The notes below the pieces were generated by a model, which was not told the origin of the DNA, searched no databases, and saw only the letters and a program-made list of their open reading frames with translations. Positions 10,826-22,754 of a stretch of 64,000 bases of DNA are shown piece after piece. The stretch's first letter is position 1; the number at the start of each line of letters is the position of its first letter. The position numbers and the translations under genes are program-made. The DNA comes from Octopus vulgaris (taxonomy: Eukaryota), in contig OX597824.1 of NCBI GenBank assembly GCA_951406725.2, positions 61,876,001 through 61,940,000 on the forward strand, in the 5' to 3' direction.

Positions 10826-13409
10826 CAGAACTGTAACCGCGACTTCTACAACCAAAACCGCCTCTAAAATTTTCTCTCAGCTAGCGACTGTAGCTGCCTT
10901 CGCCATTGACATTTATGTAGATTTAACAACTCATTAATTATTTGTAGTAACACTAAAGACTACTTTTCGGCAAGTCTATTGGAACACATAAGCATTACAT
11001 CAGAGCTGGTGCTATGGCAAGAGGAGAATCAAACTATGATATTGTGTTGCAAGAAAATAATTTTAGTCTGCTTGGAGTCGTTACCAAAGTTGACATTAAG
11101 CTAACCACAAATACTAATGTTGGTTACCCAGTAGCACAAGTTTTAAGCAAACCCTTAAAAACCTTAACCTGTTTAAAATTTCTTTAAAACATTATGAATA
11201 TATATAGTTACCTTTATGAGTTCTTAGAATAATGATGTCAAAAATAACGAAATTTCCAAATTTCCCCATAACAGATGTGAAGCCCAAATATGCACCACAC
11301 AGAACAGCCGGATTTCCACAACATTTATCTAACTTTTATTTAACTGCGCAGTCGCGCAATAGTATTCTGCAATGCAGTTCGGTTACAGACGAAAATAATA
11401 TAACAGAATATATTTGTAATTCATAAATTGCACAATGCGAAACTTGACATCTCATTATTCATAGGAAATTCTGATAGTTTCAACGGACTTTTTGCCTTTC
11501 ATTTTTGACATGCTAATTCAGAAATATTCATAAAATGACTAATTTTAGCCTGATACACTGAGTTGTTGATACAAAATCGAAGCTAAGTCTCTAACTATCA
11601 AGATATAATAATGCGATGTTATTAAAACTGCCAAAACACTAAAAACAAAATCAGAATCTGAATAATAACTTATGAAACTGTTTTGAAGGAAATTATAGAT
11701 TCAAGATGGAACTCACCATATCTCTTTTCACGAGAAATTGCCAAAAAATATGAATATGGGAAAAACGTAAAAACAAAAATCACATTCATTCATCAGTATA
11801 TAATTTGAAAATATTTTAGCCTTTGATGTACAAGGATATTCAAACAAATAATTTTATTCAATACTATTTATTCCAATGAAAGAAATAGAAAATAGAACAT
11901 TTAAAAAAAAAGGTATGATAGAAACAAGCCTTTTCTCTTCCATGTCATAATCTTTCTTACAATGGAGGAAGGGCTGCAAACACGTGTTCCGCAGTCAGAC
12001 GATATATGACTGTTCAAAGGCTTTCCTTTTGTTTGCGTGCAACATGTTATCATTGAAAGTAACCGAGAACAGAATCTGTGCCACATTTCATATGTAAGAG
12101 CGTAAGGCATGCAATTATAGTTTCTTACATGTTCGTAGATCATCGCTATTATCATAGTCTATGTTTTCCTGAAAACATTGAACATTGTGGCAAATTATAG
12201 TAACCATATTCAGTAGAGACACACTTAATGCTCTCATCAGTTTAATCATTAATCTTTACTTCTCAATTTTTCACGTTAAAATGAGTTATACCATTAATAA
12301 AAAATAATTTATATGAACCTTATATAATAAATAAACTGGTCCCGTGAGGTTTTCAAAAAGTATTAAGATGTTTTTTATAAGTCTTTATAAAATATTTTAC
12401 TTTAATAACGAAATTGTTTTCTAACAGAGAAGATTCTGAAATCAACGATCGTGGTAAAAGATAGAGTGGTAAAAGATAGAGAAAATATAGTCTCAAAGAT
12501 TTACAAAAAATAATTAATGAGACAATATAAACAATTAGGCATCCTAGTAGATATCATTAGAATAATGCAGATTTGTTTTGAACACCGGCAATATCCTTAT
12601 CGATTGTAAAGGAAAACAGAAAGTAGAGAGGATTTGTATGGTATTTCCTTTCGCAAATATAATATGCCTCCTGAAATTCTATGCCGAAATATTCTCAGAG
12701 CTATATCAATGCAAATATTTCCCTCATCTAATGCACTCTAAATGTAATGCTTTATTCACCCAACCATAAAATTCATTCGCTGCCCTCTTAACATGTAGCC
12801 TGAAAGTGATATTGCCAGCTTCCCTAAAGACGTGTCTTGTTTCATCAAGCGAAATTTTAGGAATTGATTATTTTTCAGATTGCGTATAATACACAGAACA
12901 TAAATACAAGATTATATCTCTGCAATATTACTTGGAACATTTTTCACAAAAGTATCTTTGATCATTGCTTTACTGATTCTTAATGCAATATCTTGCGAGA
13001 TAATGCAGTCATATAATTTCGTAATATCAACTTAATATTCTTTACCGAGTTCCGTAAAAATGGAAAAGCAAGGATTTATTTCCATGCTATAATCAAACTA
13101 CGAGTAGTTTAGAAAAAGTAGGTAAGATGTCGACGTTTATGTTCGTCATACGATTTTAAGTTAACAGCTTTACCACATCATATACAATATGTATCATAGT
13201 ATAAAGCATCAGATCTTAGACATTAAAACGTAATGTAAGGGCGAATAATATGATTGATTCCTAAATAGTCTCCAGCAATCGCTCCGTGGTTGTTCTAACT
13301 GGAAAGCAATATCGAGAAAAAAACCCCCAGAAATATTTATACATCTAATAACTGCGCGTGACTTAGAAAACAAATGTTTATTCTATGCTTGAAAAGTTTA
13401 CATGAATAA

Positions 13410-13650
13410 TTTTTTCTATTCATGATGATCATGAAAGATGAGGAATTGTCCATGTCACATACAGGAACTCTATCATCACTGTGAGTGATGGCATGGAATG
13501 AGTCTCTTGAACTTAATTAAGTCACTTCAGGCAGATATGTAAAGAGCAGAAGTCAAACACTTTATTATCAAAGTCACAGGATTTAGTTAAAAGTGGGATT
13601 TAAAACAGTATAACATGTAATTCAAACCAAAATAACTATATGCAATAACA
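13410..13650 (+). repeat. Left arm of a diverged ~250-bp inverted repeat (old MITE or fold-back element)
   Basis: TATTCATGATGATCATGAAAGATGAGGAATT...CCAAAATAACTATATGCAATA matches the reverse complement of 15430-15670. Confidence 0.8.
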
Positions 13651-13672
13651 TATCTATCTATCTATCTATCTT

Positions 13673-13754
<82 letters not shown>

Positions 13755-14189
13755 TACATATATACATATAAGAGGGATGACCACTAAGTGGACATCGAAT
13801 ATGTAGATCCCGTATGCTCTGACCACTAAGAAAAGATTGTTGTCAAGAAAATGCAGCAGACGCCAGAATGTAAGCGAGCAAGACAAATGAAAATATACAA
13901 AATATAATGATTAGTCACGTACCACGTTTCCTTGATACGAACTTACATATTACATACGTAAATGTTTGAAATTCATCAATGTGACCGTCATACCACAATA
14001 TAAGTTGCAGAACTATACAGGAGGCTTCCACGCGAGAGTGAACATGCATATAGTTTTGCTAATTATATTTGGGGTATATTTCAAAAGTTTTCGTTTTCGC
14101 GCACCAAAAACCGGAAATAATTCTGAAGAAAATAATTTTATGCTGTGAATTCTGCCCGGTTAAAGAACATGGTTATTTAAATTTAAATA

Positions 14190-15345
14190 ATAATGGTAAA
14201 AAAATTGAATATTAGTAGCCTAGCATACTGAAAAAATCTGAGGATAGAGAAAAATTATATCACATGCATATAAGAGGGATGACCACTAAGTGTACATTCA
14301 ATATACTAGAGGTAGACCCCATATGGTATGACCACTAAGAAAAGAATGTTCTGAAGAGAAGCAGCAATTTCGAACTTATCTTCAAATAAAGGTATTTTCG
14401 ACGCAGCGGCTCCCTTATGGTTCGCTTTCTCCTTCTCCATAAACGTCCGGGACATGCGTAGGTAAGATTTATCTTATGTTGGTGGACAAGCATTTCACAA
14501 GATCACACAAATATAGAAAGATCTTTAACAGACAAAATTTAAGAATTTCTCTCATTTGTGCACCCAATGTTAAGAAAAAATTACTTAGCGCTTCTTAACC
14601 ACGGACAGAGACAGGTTATTCATGCAGGATTAGAAATGAATGTCCAGTGTACAGCCTGTGTATCATCGAGGCTACAATCTACCAAGTAAATGTAGCCTAA
14701 AACAAGAGCAGCACAACTATCAATAACGTCAATGCCAACACAGGGACACGCACTAAAATTTATGTCAGATCTTGTGAATCTAAATTTAAAATTCGTCTGA
14801 ACAACCACAAATCTTCTTTCAGAGTCCTGGAAAGACGAATCACAACAACACGCGCATCATACTTATGGCGCTAAACGGACGATTATACACACTTTAACAT
14901 CAGTTGCAAATTACTAGAAACTTGTAGACCCTATCGAAATGGAACAAGAGTATGTAAATTTTGTATGACAGAAAAATATATAATCCTTATGAACTCACAT
15001 GAACCAGGAGGCTGTCTGAACTCCAGGACGGAAGCCAGGGGTAGTTGTCCAAATTTTCGAAAATTTTTACTTCAGAATTGGAAAACCTAGCTATCAAGCA
15101 AAGGAAGAGAACTCGCCCGGCCAAAATGTTTTAAGAGGAATATTTCTTCAACTATCACCGGCGTTCTTGTGGGTTTTTTTTTTAAAAAAAAAAAACGTTC
15201 TTTGCAGAGAACAGTTATGGTTTAGAGAAACTGAAACCATTTCCTAGTTCACGATAGATATGGAACCAATCCAATAGTTTTCCCCTAAAACTGTTACTTT
15301 ACACATAGAAAAATAAACAACTGGTCTATTTTTTATATGGTATGC
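14190..15345 (+). mobile_element. Penelope-like element remnant (thumb region and C-terminal GIY-YIG endonuclease; Naiad-like)
   Basis: Fragments YRKIFNRQNLRISLICAPNVKK, SCRIRNECPVYSLCIIEATIYQ, KIYVRSCESKFKIRLNNHKSSF, CKFCMTEKYIIL..LNSRTEARGSCPNFRKFLL ending about 15090; flanked by (TA)n. Naiad assignment is from recalled motifs. Confidence 0.8.
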
Positions 15346-15372
15346 CCTTTTTCTGATTCATAATCTTATAAC

Positions 15373-15429
<57 letters not shown>

Positions 15430-15431
<2 letters not shown>

Positions 15432-15670
15432 TGATATTGCATATAGTTATTTTGGCTGGAATTGTATGTTATATAGTTTTAAGTACCATATATAACCAAC
15501 TCCTGTAATATTAATTGTAAAGGGTTTGACGTTTTTTCTCTGCATCCTGCTTGAATTGACTTGTATAAGTCCAAGAAGCTCATTCCATGGCATCAGTCGC
15601 AGTGATTAGAAAGTCCCTGCATGTGACATAGGTAATTCCTAGTCTTTCATAATCATCATGAATAAAAGTA
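15430..15670 (-). repeat. Right arm of the ~250-bp inverted repeat paired with 13410-13650
   Basis: TATTGCATATAGTTATTTTGG...CTTTCATAATCATCATGAATA is the reverse complement of the left arm. Confidence 0.8.
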
Positions 15671-15806
15671 ATAGGTCTAGTTCCCGCTAGATATGAAACC
15701 AATGTTTTTTTTTCTAAAACTTTTACTTCACACACACAGAAATAAACATCTGCTCTGTATGTTGTAGTATCTACTCTTTTTCTGATTTATAATCTTATGA
15801 CGAAGT

Positions 15807-15841
<35 letters not shown>

Positions 15842-15867
15842 CATGTGTGTGTACATATGTATGTATA

Positions 15868-16270
15868 CATATGTATATATATTTATGCATATAGATACAC
15901 ATATCTACATATATATAAATGTGTATGTATATATATATGTATATATGCATACAAACATTCATACATTTTTACATACATATATTTGCATATACACATAAGC
16001 ATATGCATATCAATATATATGTATTTGTATATATATATATACACGATGTGTTACCGCTACTGTATATAACATATGTATATATATTTATGCATATAAATAC
16101 ACATATCTACATATATATAAATGTGTATGTATATATATATGTATATATGCATACAAACATTCATACATTTTTACATACATATATTTGCATATACACATAA
16201 GCATATGCATATCAATATATATGTATTTGTATATATATATACACGATGTGTTACCGCTACTGTATATAAC
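15868..16270. repeat. ~200-bp tandem duplication covering low-complexity flank plus the first ~29 nt of the ribozyme repeat
   Basis: ACACGATGTGTTACCGCTACTGTATATAAC at 16041 and 16241, each preceded by the same ~170-bp TA/CA-rich sequence. Confidence 0.85.
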
Positions 16271-16374
16271 TCACTTTGATATTTATCATTGTTTGATTTC
16301 ACCTTTTCAATATCAGCGACAGTGGTCGCTGGAAAAAGTATAAGTATTTGTGAAGGAAATCTAATTCTCGGCGA

Positions 16375-16444
16375 CAACTATGATTGTCACACGCTGACGA
16401 GAGGTCAATACCTCGAAACTCGAGTCCGCGTGTATCATAAGTTG
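16375..16444 (+). ncRNA. Type I hammerhead ribozyme, copy 1
   Basis: CACACG-CTGACGA(16394-16400)-GAGGT CAAT ACCTC-GAAA-C TCGA G-TC-CGCGTG; predicted cut after C16426; one A.C mismatch in stem I; extended stem CAACTATGAT/ATCATAAGTTG. Confidence 0.92.
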
Positions 16445-16728
16445 AAGACGGGAAGGATGACTTCCCTTTGCAAATACTGACAGGATACAGATAGTGTGTC
16501 TATGGCCAGCTGGAGGAGTGTGTCCTCCTGGGGCTAAAAAACTACAGTAGCATCCACCCTTAGGGGTTAGCCATATTGAAATGGCAAAAATACGTCACGA
16601 TGTGTTACCGCTACTGTATATAACTCACTTTGATATTTATCATTGTTTGATTTCACTTTTTCGATATCAGCGACAGTGGGCGCTGGATAAAGTATAAGTA
16701 TTTGTGAAGGAAATCTAATTCTCGGCGA

Positions 16729-16798
16729 CAACTATGATTGTCACACGCTGACGAGAGGTCAATACCTCGAAACTCGAGTCCGTGTGTATCATAAGTTG
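16729..16798 (+). ncRNA. Type I hammerhead ribozyme, copy 2 (fully paired proximal stem I)
   Basis: CACACG-CTGACGA(16748-16754)-GAGGT CAAT ACCTC-GAAA-C TCGA G-TC-CGTGTG; predicted cut after C16780. Confidence 0.95.
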
Positions 16799-17245
16799 AA
16801 GACGGGAAGGATGACTTTGCAAATACTGACAGGACACAGATAGTGTGTCTATGGCCAGCTGGAGGAGTGTGTCCTCCTGGGGCTAAAAACTACAGTAGCA
16901 TCCACCCTTAGGGGTTAGCCATATTGAAATGGCAAAAATACGTCACTATATATATATATATATATATATACATATATATGTATATATACATACATACATA
17001 TATATATTATCTATATACATACATTCACATATACGTATACATATGTATATGTATGCATATGCCTGTGTGCATGTATATAATTAAATATATGAATTTATAG
17101 ATGTAGAGATGTAGGCATGTATGCTTATATACATATATATATACATACACATACACACAAACACACATACAAACACACACGTACACACATACACACATAT
17201 ATATATATATACGAATGAGTAGTCAAAATATCAAACTTATAGATA

Positions 17246-18100
17246 CTACACCTTTACCTCCATAATATCGTTCCGATCATTTAGTCTCTCAATCAATATT
17301 TCTTGCAACGAATTATTCTCTCGGCCACTATGTATTTTAATATCTACTAGATTTTCAATGAATGCGCTTTCAGTGAATGTTTTAAATCTATGCGTGTTTG
17401 TGTATAAAGGTATTGAAATATGTGTCGTATAATTAGTGAGCCATTTCATTCCACCATCTCGCTGAGGATGAAACAAATTTTCGGCAAACGCAGAAGTGTT
17501 CGATATCGGCAAACAATATTTTCCTTAAACTTATCGTCCAATAATATTAAACTTATCAACCAGTAATATAATATTTCTCACATTTTCAGATTCAATATTT
17601 GATGTGGATATTCTGGTAGGTGTCTCTAATTATTGGTAACAACGGAATTTCTTAGTCATTTTAAGATACGTTTTTGAAGTATTAGCTTTATTTTCCGAAA
17701 TTCAGCGATGTTTGGTGAATATTTAAAGAAGTAAAACAGATCCTTAACTGAATATTTAAATTGTTTATCCTTGGTAACGTAAACAATGCTTAAAGTACAA
17801 ATTATTTCAGTATGAAACTTCTCTGCCAATGTGCTTGTTTGATACGTTAACTGATAGAAGTCTGGATTGTAATGTAAAGTTTGCTGCACAAAGTTATCCA
17901 TGTATCAAATTTATAGATTTCCTATCTTACACAAGAAAATAGCGGCGATTGGTTTTATTGATCGGTTTTTCTATAAAACATTGTTTGAAATCACACATTT
18001 AGAATATTGTCATGTCATTGGTTTAATTAGTGTCTTTCTATGCATTTGCTTTTTATATTTTAATATTGTAAACAAGTTGTTTTACGAAGTTACGTTCCAT
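17246..18100 (-). pseudogene. Possible highly degenerate hAT-like transposase remnant
   Basis: Minus-strand fragments DLFYFFKYSP and PISNTSAFAENLF...ENLVDIK loosely recall hAT motifs (S.A..ER.FS dimerisation motif); weak. Confidence 0.3.
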
Positions 18101-19109
18101 AATATTTCTACATATCTTCATAGCCAATCTGTAACAATAATTTCTAGATAGACAAGTGTTTCTGAACAATAATGTGACAATGAATTTAGATACTGAAAGC
18201 TATCATTGATTGTATAATTTCAAGGTATACTCAAAATTTATAGTGTAGTTGAATCTCTGCGCAACACATACCAATATGCACCGCTTTATAAGTTCTGTTT
18301 ATTTATTATTATTACATTACTAACACTTTCACTTCTATAGATTTTTATTCTCCTGTTTTGCTGCTCTGTTTAATCAAACCGATGATCAAAATTATTTCAG
18401 ATGAGACTATCGTGTCCATATTTTCGAAGAGTGGGACACAATTTCAAATTTAGCTGATATTTGTAGAAGTCTAACGAATGCCTAGAATCTACCTCATTGT
18501 TGCAGAATTATTATTACAGTTTCTGAGCAACTTCATGGAACTTAACACCTTGCATTTATATGTCTTTTCCACTCTAGAGTTAATGAAATAATTAATAATG
18601 AAGTATGGAGATTGATATAATCCCCAGGAGCATCACCCATGTACATTAAAAATGTGACAATCTTATAGATTGGTATTATAGTGCTTACAAGGAAATCTTT
18701 TGGAATCATGCTGAGATAGTATTCGGACTTTATTGTACGTAAATATTGCTGTGTTGTAATTCATATTGTGTCATGGTTATTGAATTAGATGTTGGACAAA
18801 CCTCAATACCATTTCTGAAATGAATTCAACTCAGCAGGAGAAATTTATATGCAGAATTGTAAGTATTTGTAACTTTTATAAACGTACCGTTGCTGATTGT
18901 TTCTAAGTACATATTTGAATTCAGGTATACATTGTCGCTGATAAATATATATATAACGTCGGCATGGGATATACGGCCGTATATACACTGGCATATTATC
19001 TCCTATATTATCGCTTGAACAATGGCCGGGAGAAAGTGCCAAATTTTATTTAGTATATAATGTGCTGATGTGAACCTTAGTTACTTTATTAAAATGATCG
19101 AACGGATGT

Positions 19110-19582
19110 GTAATGGTGCTTTAGTTAATGCTTCTGTAACTACTTCGTAGTTACAAGTGAAACGGCCAAAACTTACTAACTTAGTCGTTTAAACAGTAGT
19201 TATATTTTAGTCATTGGCAATTACATTTAGTATAATTACTTCTTCCTTGTTTCAGACTTAGTGGAACGGCAAATCTAATTATTGGTTGTTGTAAGATTAT
19301 TAACACAGTAATTAATACAGTCAGCTTTTATAACCTATAAATTTATATATTCAGACAACAAGTACCATATTCCATTCTTGCAAGGCACGCTAATGCTGCG
19401 TTAATCTCGCAAGTAATTATTAGATTAGCTGTTTCACTAATTCTACAATAAAGTAATTATACCAAATGTAATTGCTAACTACTTAAAGATAACTACTGTT
19501 TAAATAACTGACATTGTCAACATTGACTGGCGTGTTTCTAAATACGAAACCGTTGCAACTACATTAACTAAAGTATCGTTAA
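19110..19582. mobile_element. MITE or fold-back element with long diverged inverted arms
   Basis: CTTTAGTTAATG...TTTAAACAGTAGTTAT...GCAATTACATTTAGTATAATTACTT is mirrored by AAGTAATTATACCAAATGTAATTGC...ATAACTACTGTTTAAA...CATTAACTAAAG; a related half-copy lies at 32175-32430. Confidence 0.75.
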
Positions 19583-21332
19583 GTCTCTAACAATGTGACG
19601 CCGCATTATTTGTTGAGTAAATAGTTCATTATGAGATGTCTTTTACATTAGCCTGCTTTGTTCGAACGAACCAACTGAAAATTATAATCTCATGAAAAGA
19701 TGATTTAATAGTATAGAAGTTTATATAAAATCATTCGAATTTTAACTAAAGCCGACTATTTATATTCTGGCGTAAGATAATAGGTTTGCAGAAAGTGTAA
19801 AGGAAAATTTAATATTCCAGTCAGAGTTTTTCTTTCGGAGTTAAAAATGGTATGTTTTGTCATTCCATTTGAAAGTTTCTCATATATTATATGATAACAT
19901 ATAATAATATTTCTGTACTAGTTGCGATTCGGTTTCCAATAGTTCACTTTTGAAAATCGACACTTTTTGTTTATGCAAAAAACAAATAACGACCACGATG
20001 TTACAAACTCTGAATTTAGATGATATGTTAAAATGTGAGAACCGAAGTCATGTATGGGTTGACATTGGGCAAATATTTTCTTCCATAGACCTCAGCAAAC
20101 CGATAACCTAACGTAGAAACACTGTTGATGTCCATCAGATATAATGTATCCATGCATGGAAAAGGGACAGGCCTGTTAAATGTAAACGTAAAGTTGATAG
20201 TTGTAAATGAGAATTATATTGAGGTTAGAGGTAACGGTGGAATACTCAGCCAGTTGTACTGTATTCCAGTGAGTTGGTAATTCAATTATTAGAGTTAAAA
20301 TACTCAGCTTCAATATCGAAGAGGCATACATATATACAAAGGCTCTCGCATATGTTTGCACTATACATTAATATACATATGATATTTTCACAAATAATTC
20401 ATAGATTCATGTATGCAGATATAAGCATAGAAATATCACGTATCACTTAATATTTCGAACATAATACTATTAAAAGAAGTTTGTTTCTCTCTGTTAATTT
20501 TCTTTTTGACTGAAGCGGTGTTACTTAGACATTTATCAGGCTAACGTGAATATGACAAGTTAAATCGGCCAGCATCACCTCTCGAAGTTTTCCGCTGCGT
20601 ATCCAAAGATGCATAGAATTTGATTTTAATACTGAGCATGCTTTGAAGAAATTTATTCCACTCCCACATTTTGAGGAAATTTTAATAAATTATTCGAACA
20701 CTATATTTAAATATACTAACATAAACAGTCACCACCTTTTGTTTACCATTGCGTTACATAGCCTTTCTCAATATTTACTTATGGTAGGTATTTAGACATA
20801 TTGTAATCTCTGTAGATCATAAATTCCTGCTATATTGAGGTGAGAGGTATCTTGATTTCAAATTCTATCGTGAACATCTTACCTTTCAACATTTTGGAGA
20901 CAATAAAATATATACCAGTTAATTACTGAGGTCGGTGATGTCGACTAGACACCAAGAATCGCTGACTTTGTACCCAATGTAGTAAGCATTATATATGTTA
21001 CAGTATAAGTCCAGGATAAACAATCACAACACTAATCTTTCTTTTATATTCCATCGATCGGAAAAAAGAACCCTGTCTCTATGAACACAGATACGGTTTG
21101 TTGTGCTCGGTAAAAATAACTGTGAAAGATACCTCGAATCCCACCATGCCATATTAAAGAGGAAAGAAACATTGAGAAATGTAGTTATAGAAAAAATGTG
21201 ATAGGCACAGCCATCTTTCTCTGCTCTGAATTGAAATCCTGGTGAGTCTTTACTTTTCCTTCTGTCGGGTGCAATAGATTATTTCCAAATGAGGACAGAA
21301 GATTAATGCAATCGTTGGAGAGTGGAAGCAGA

Positions 21333-22121
21333 TATGAGGGTTACCCCAAAGAAAGCGGAATTTTGCGATGTTATTCTATTCACTTAATTTTACATGTTTA
21401 TACATTTATCGCCTTCAAATTATTCTCCATTTGAAGCAATGCGTCAGTCCAGACACGTTTTCCACTGTTCACGAATCAGTGATGAATCCCTTGCGAAAGG
21501 ATTTTCTTTAACACCTCTTCTACATCTCAAAATTCTGCAGCAGCAGCTTTCCTCACCAGTGATGATCTTCGAAAAATGATCCGGACCAACATCTAGCTGT
21601 TCTTTCAGTTCACGATATGAATTCAGTCGTGATTGCTTTTGATCTTCCATGAGTCAGGGAGACACAAATTGTGCCGCTAATTTTATCATTCGCAATTCCT
21701 CACTCAAACGTCGTTGGCAGGAGCTTCAGGATTCACCAATCATATCAACAAGTTTCTCAATTGCTCGTTCACGGTCCTCCAGGTTCAATTCATGAATTTT
21801 CTTGATGTTTCCCTTCGTTCGGGAGGTCGAAGGTCGCCCTGAACGAGGTTGTAAGTTGTTTGAAGCATAGCAGCTGTTTCGGCCACCATTTTTAAAGACA
21901 GAAACATAATTTTACGGAAGCAAGTTGTTACTTCGCTTCAGCCATCGCAAAAATCAACGAACAGGGGAGAAACACCGCAAACAAAAACACACCCAGTGAT
22001 TGCTGGTTGGCAGACTGATGTATGTGTGTCGCATGAAGTGGCTAGTAGCGGTAGAAGCCCGAATTACAACGTGCTTGTCCTACAGAGAACGTTACCAGTT
22101 ACTGTTGAGTACACACTCGTA
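21333..22121 (-). mobile_element. mariner-type DNA transposon, internally deleted
   Basis: Minus strand SGRPSTSRT...LSEELRMIKLAAQFVS..LMEDQKQSRL...FSKIITGEES (ITGDE motif) followed by C-terminal WKTCLD*RIASNGE*FEGDK; TACGAG/TATGAG-type ends. Confidence 0.85.
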
Positions 22122-22754
22122 CATACAATATTTGATCCGTTCTGAGTTGAAATCCCATCATGGTCTACTTAATTGGCGGACATGATCTCTCTTCTGTTTT
22201 AATCTTAGCACCTGGTACATCGGATATCGTTAGCAGATTCCACCCTCTTGCAGGCATTTAGTCCATGCTTCCAGTTTAAATATAACTTCTTCATTCCCTC
22301 GTACCAGTCGCTGAGGCCCAGTGAAGGATTAAAAATACAACCTAGGCAAGAAAATCTATATTTATAGCTTTGTGCAATATACTAAATCAAGCTGTCTTAA
22401 AAAAGCGCACCGGCATAAAGAAGAAAAGAAAACCAGAAACAGAGCAAACCTAAACGCCATAAAATTGGTTATTATATGAAGATTTGGTAAGAAAAATATC
22501 AGAAAATATCTGTATAAACAATAAATTCAGTAAATTCAGAGTAAGGAGAGGTCGCAACCTATCATGTGGAACTGATGGTTTAGTGGATGGAATATAGATT
22601 CTGATATTTATAAAGATTTTATATTTACAAAGAGTTGATGACTTGCGGCTGCTTATCCATGTATGTAAGTATGCATCTATATGTATGCATGTATGTATGT
22701 GCGCATGTATATGTGTATGTATCTGTGTACATATGTTTGTATGTGTATGTACAT

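Larger units (their letters stand above)
16242..16946 (+). mobile_element. Tandem dimer of a 354/348-bp hammerhead-bearing unit (non-LTR retrozyme-like or PLE pLTR-derived)
   Basis: Units start CACGATGTG at 16242 and 16596 and the array ends TACGTCAC at 16946; units differ by a few substitutions, a 5-nt and a 1-nt indel; no meaningful ORF; embedded in TA-rich microsatellite. Confidence 0.9.
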
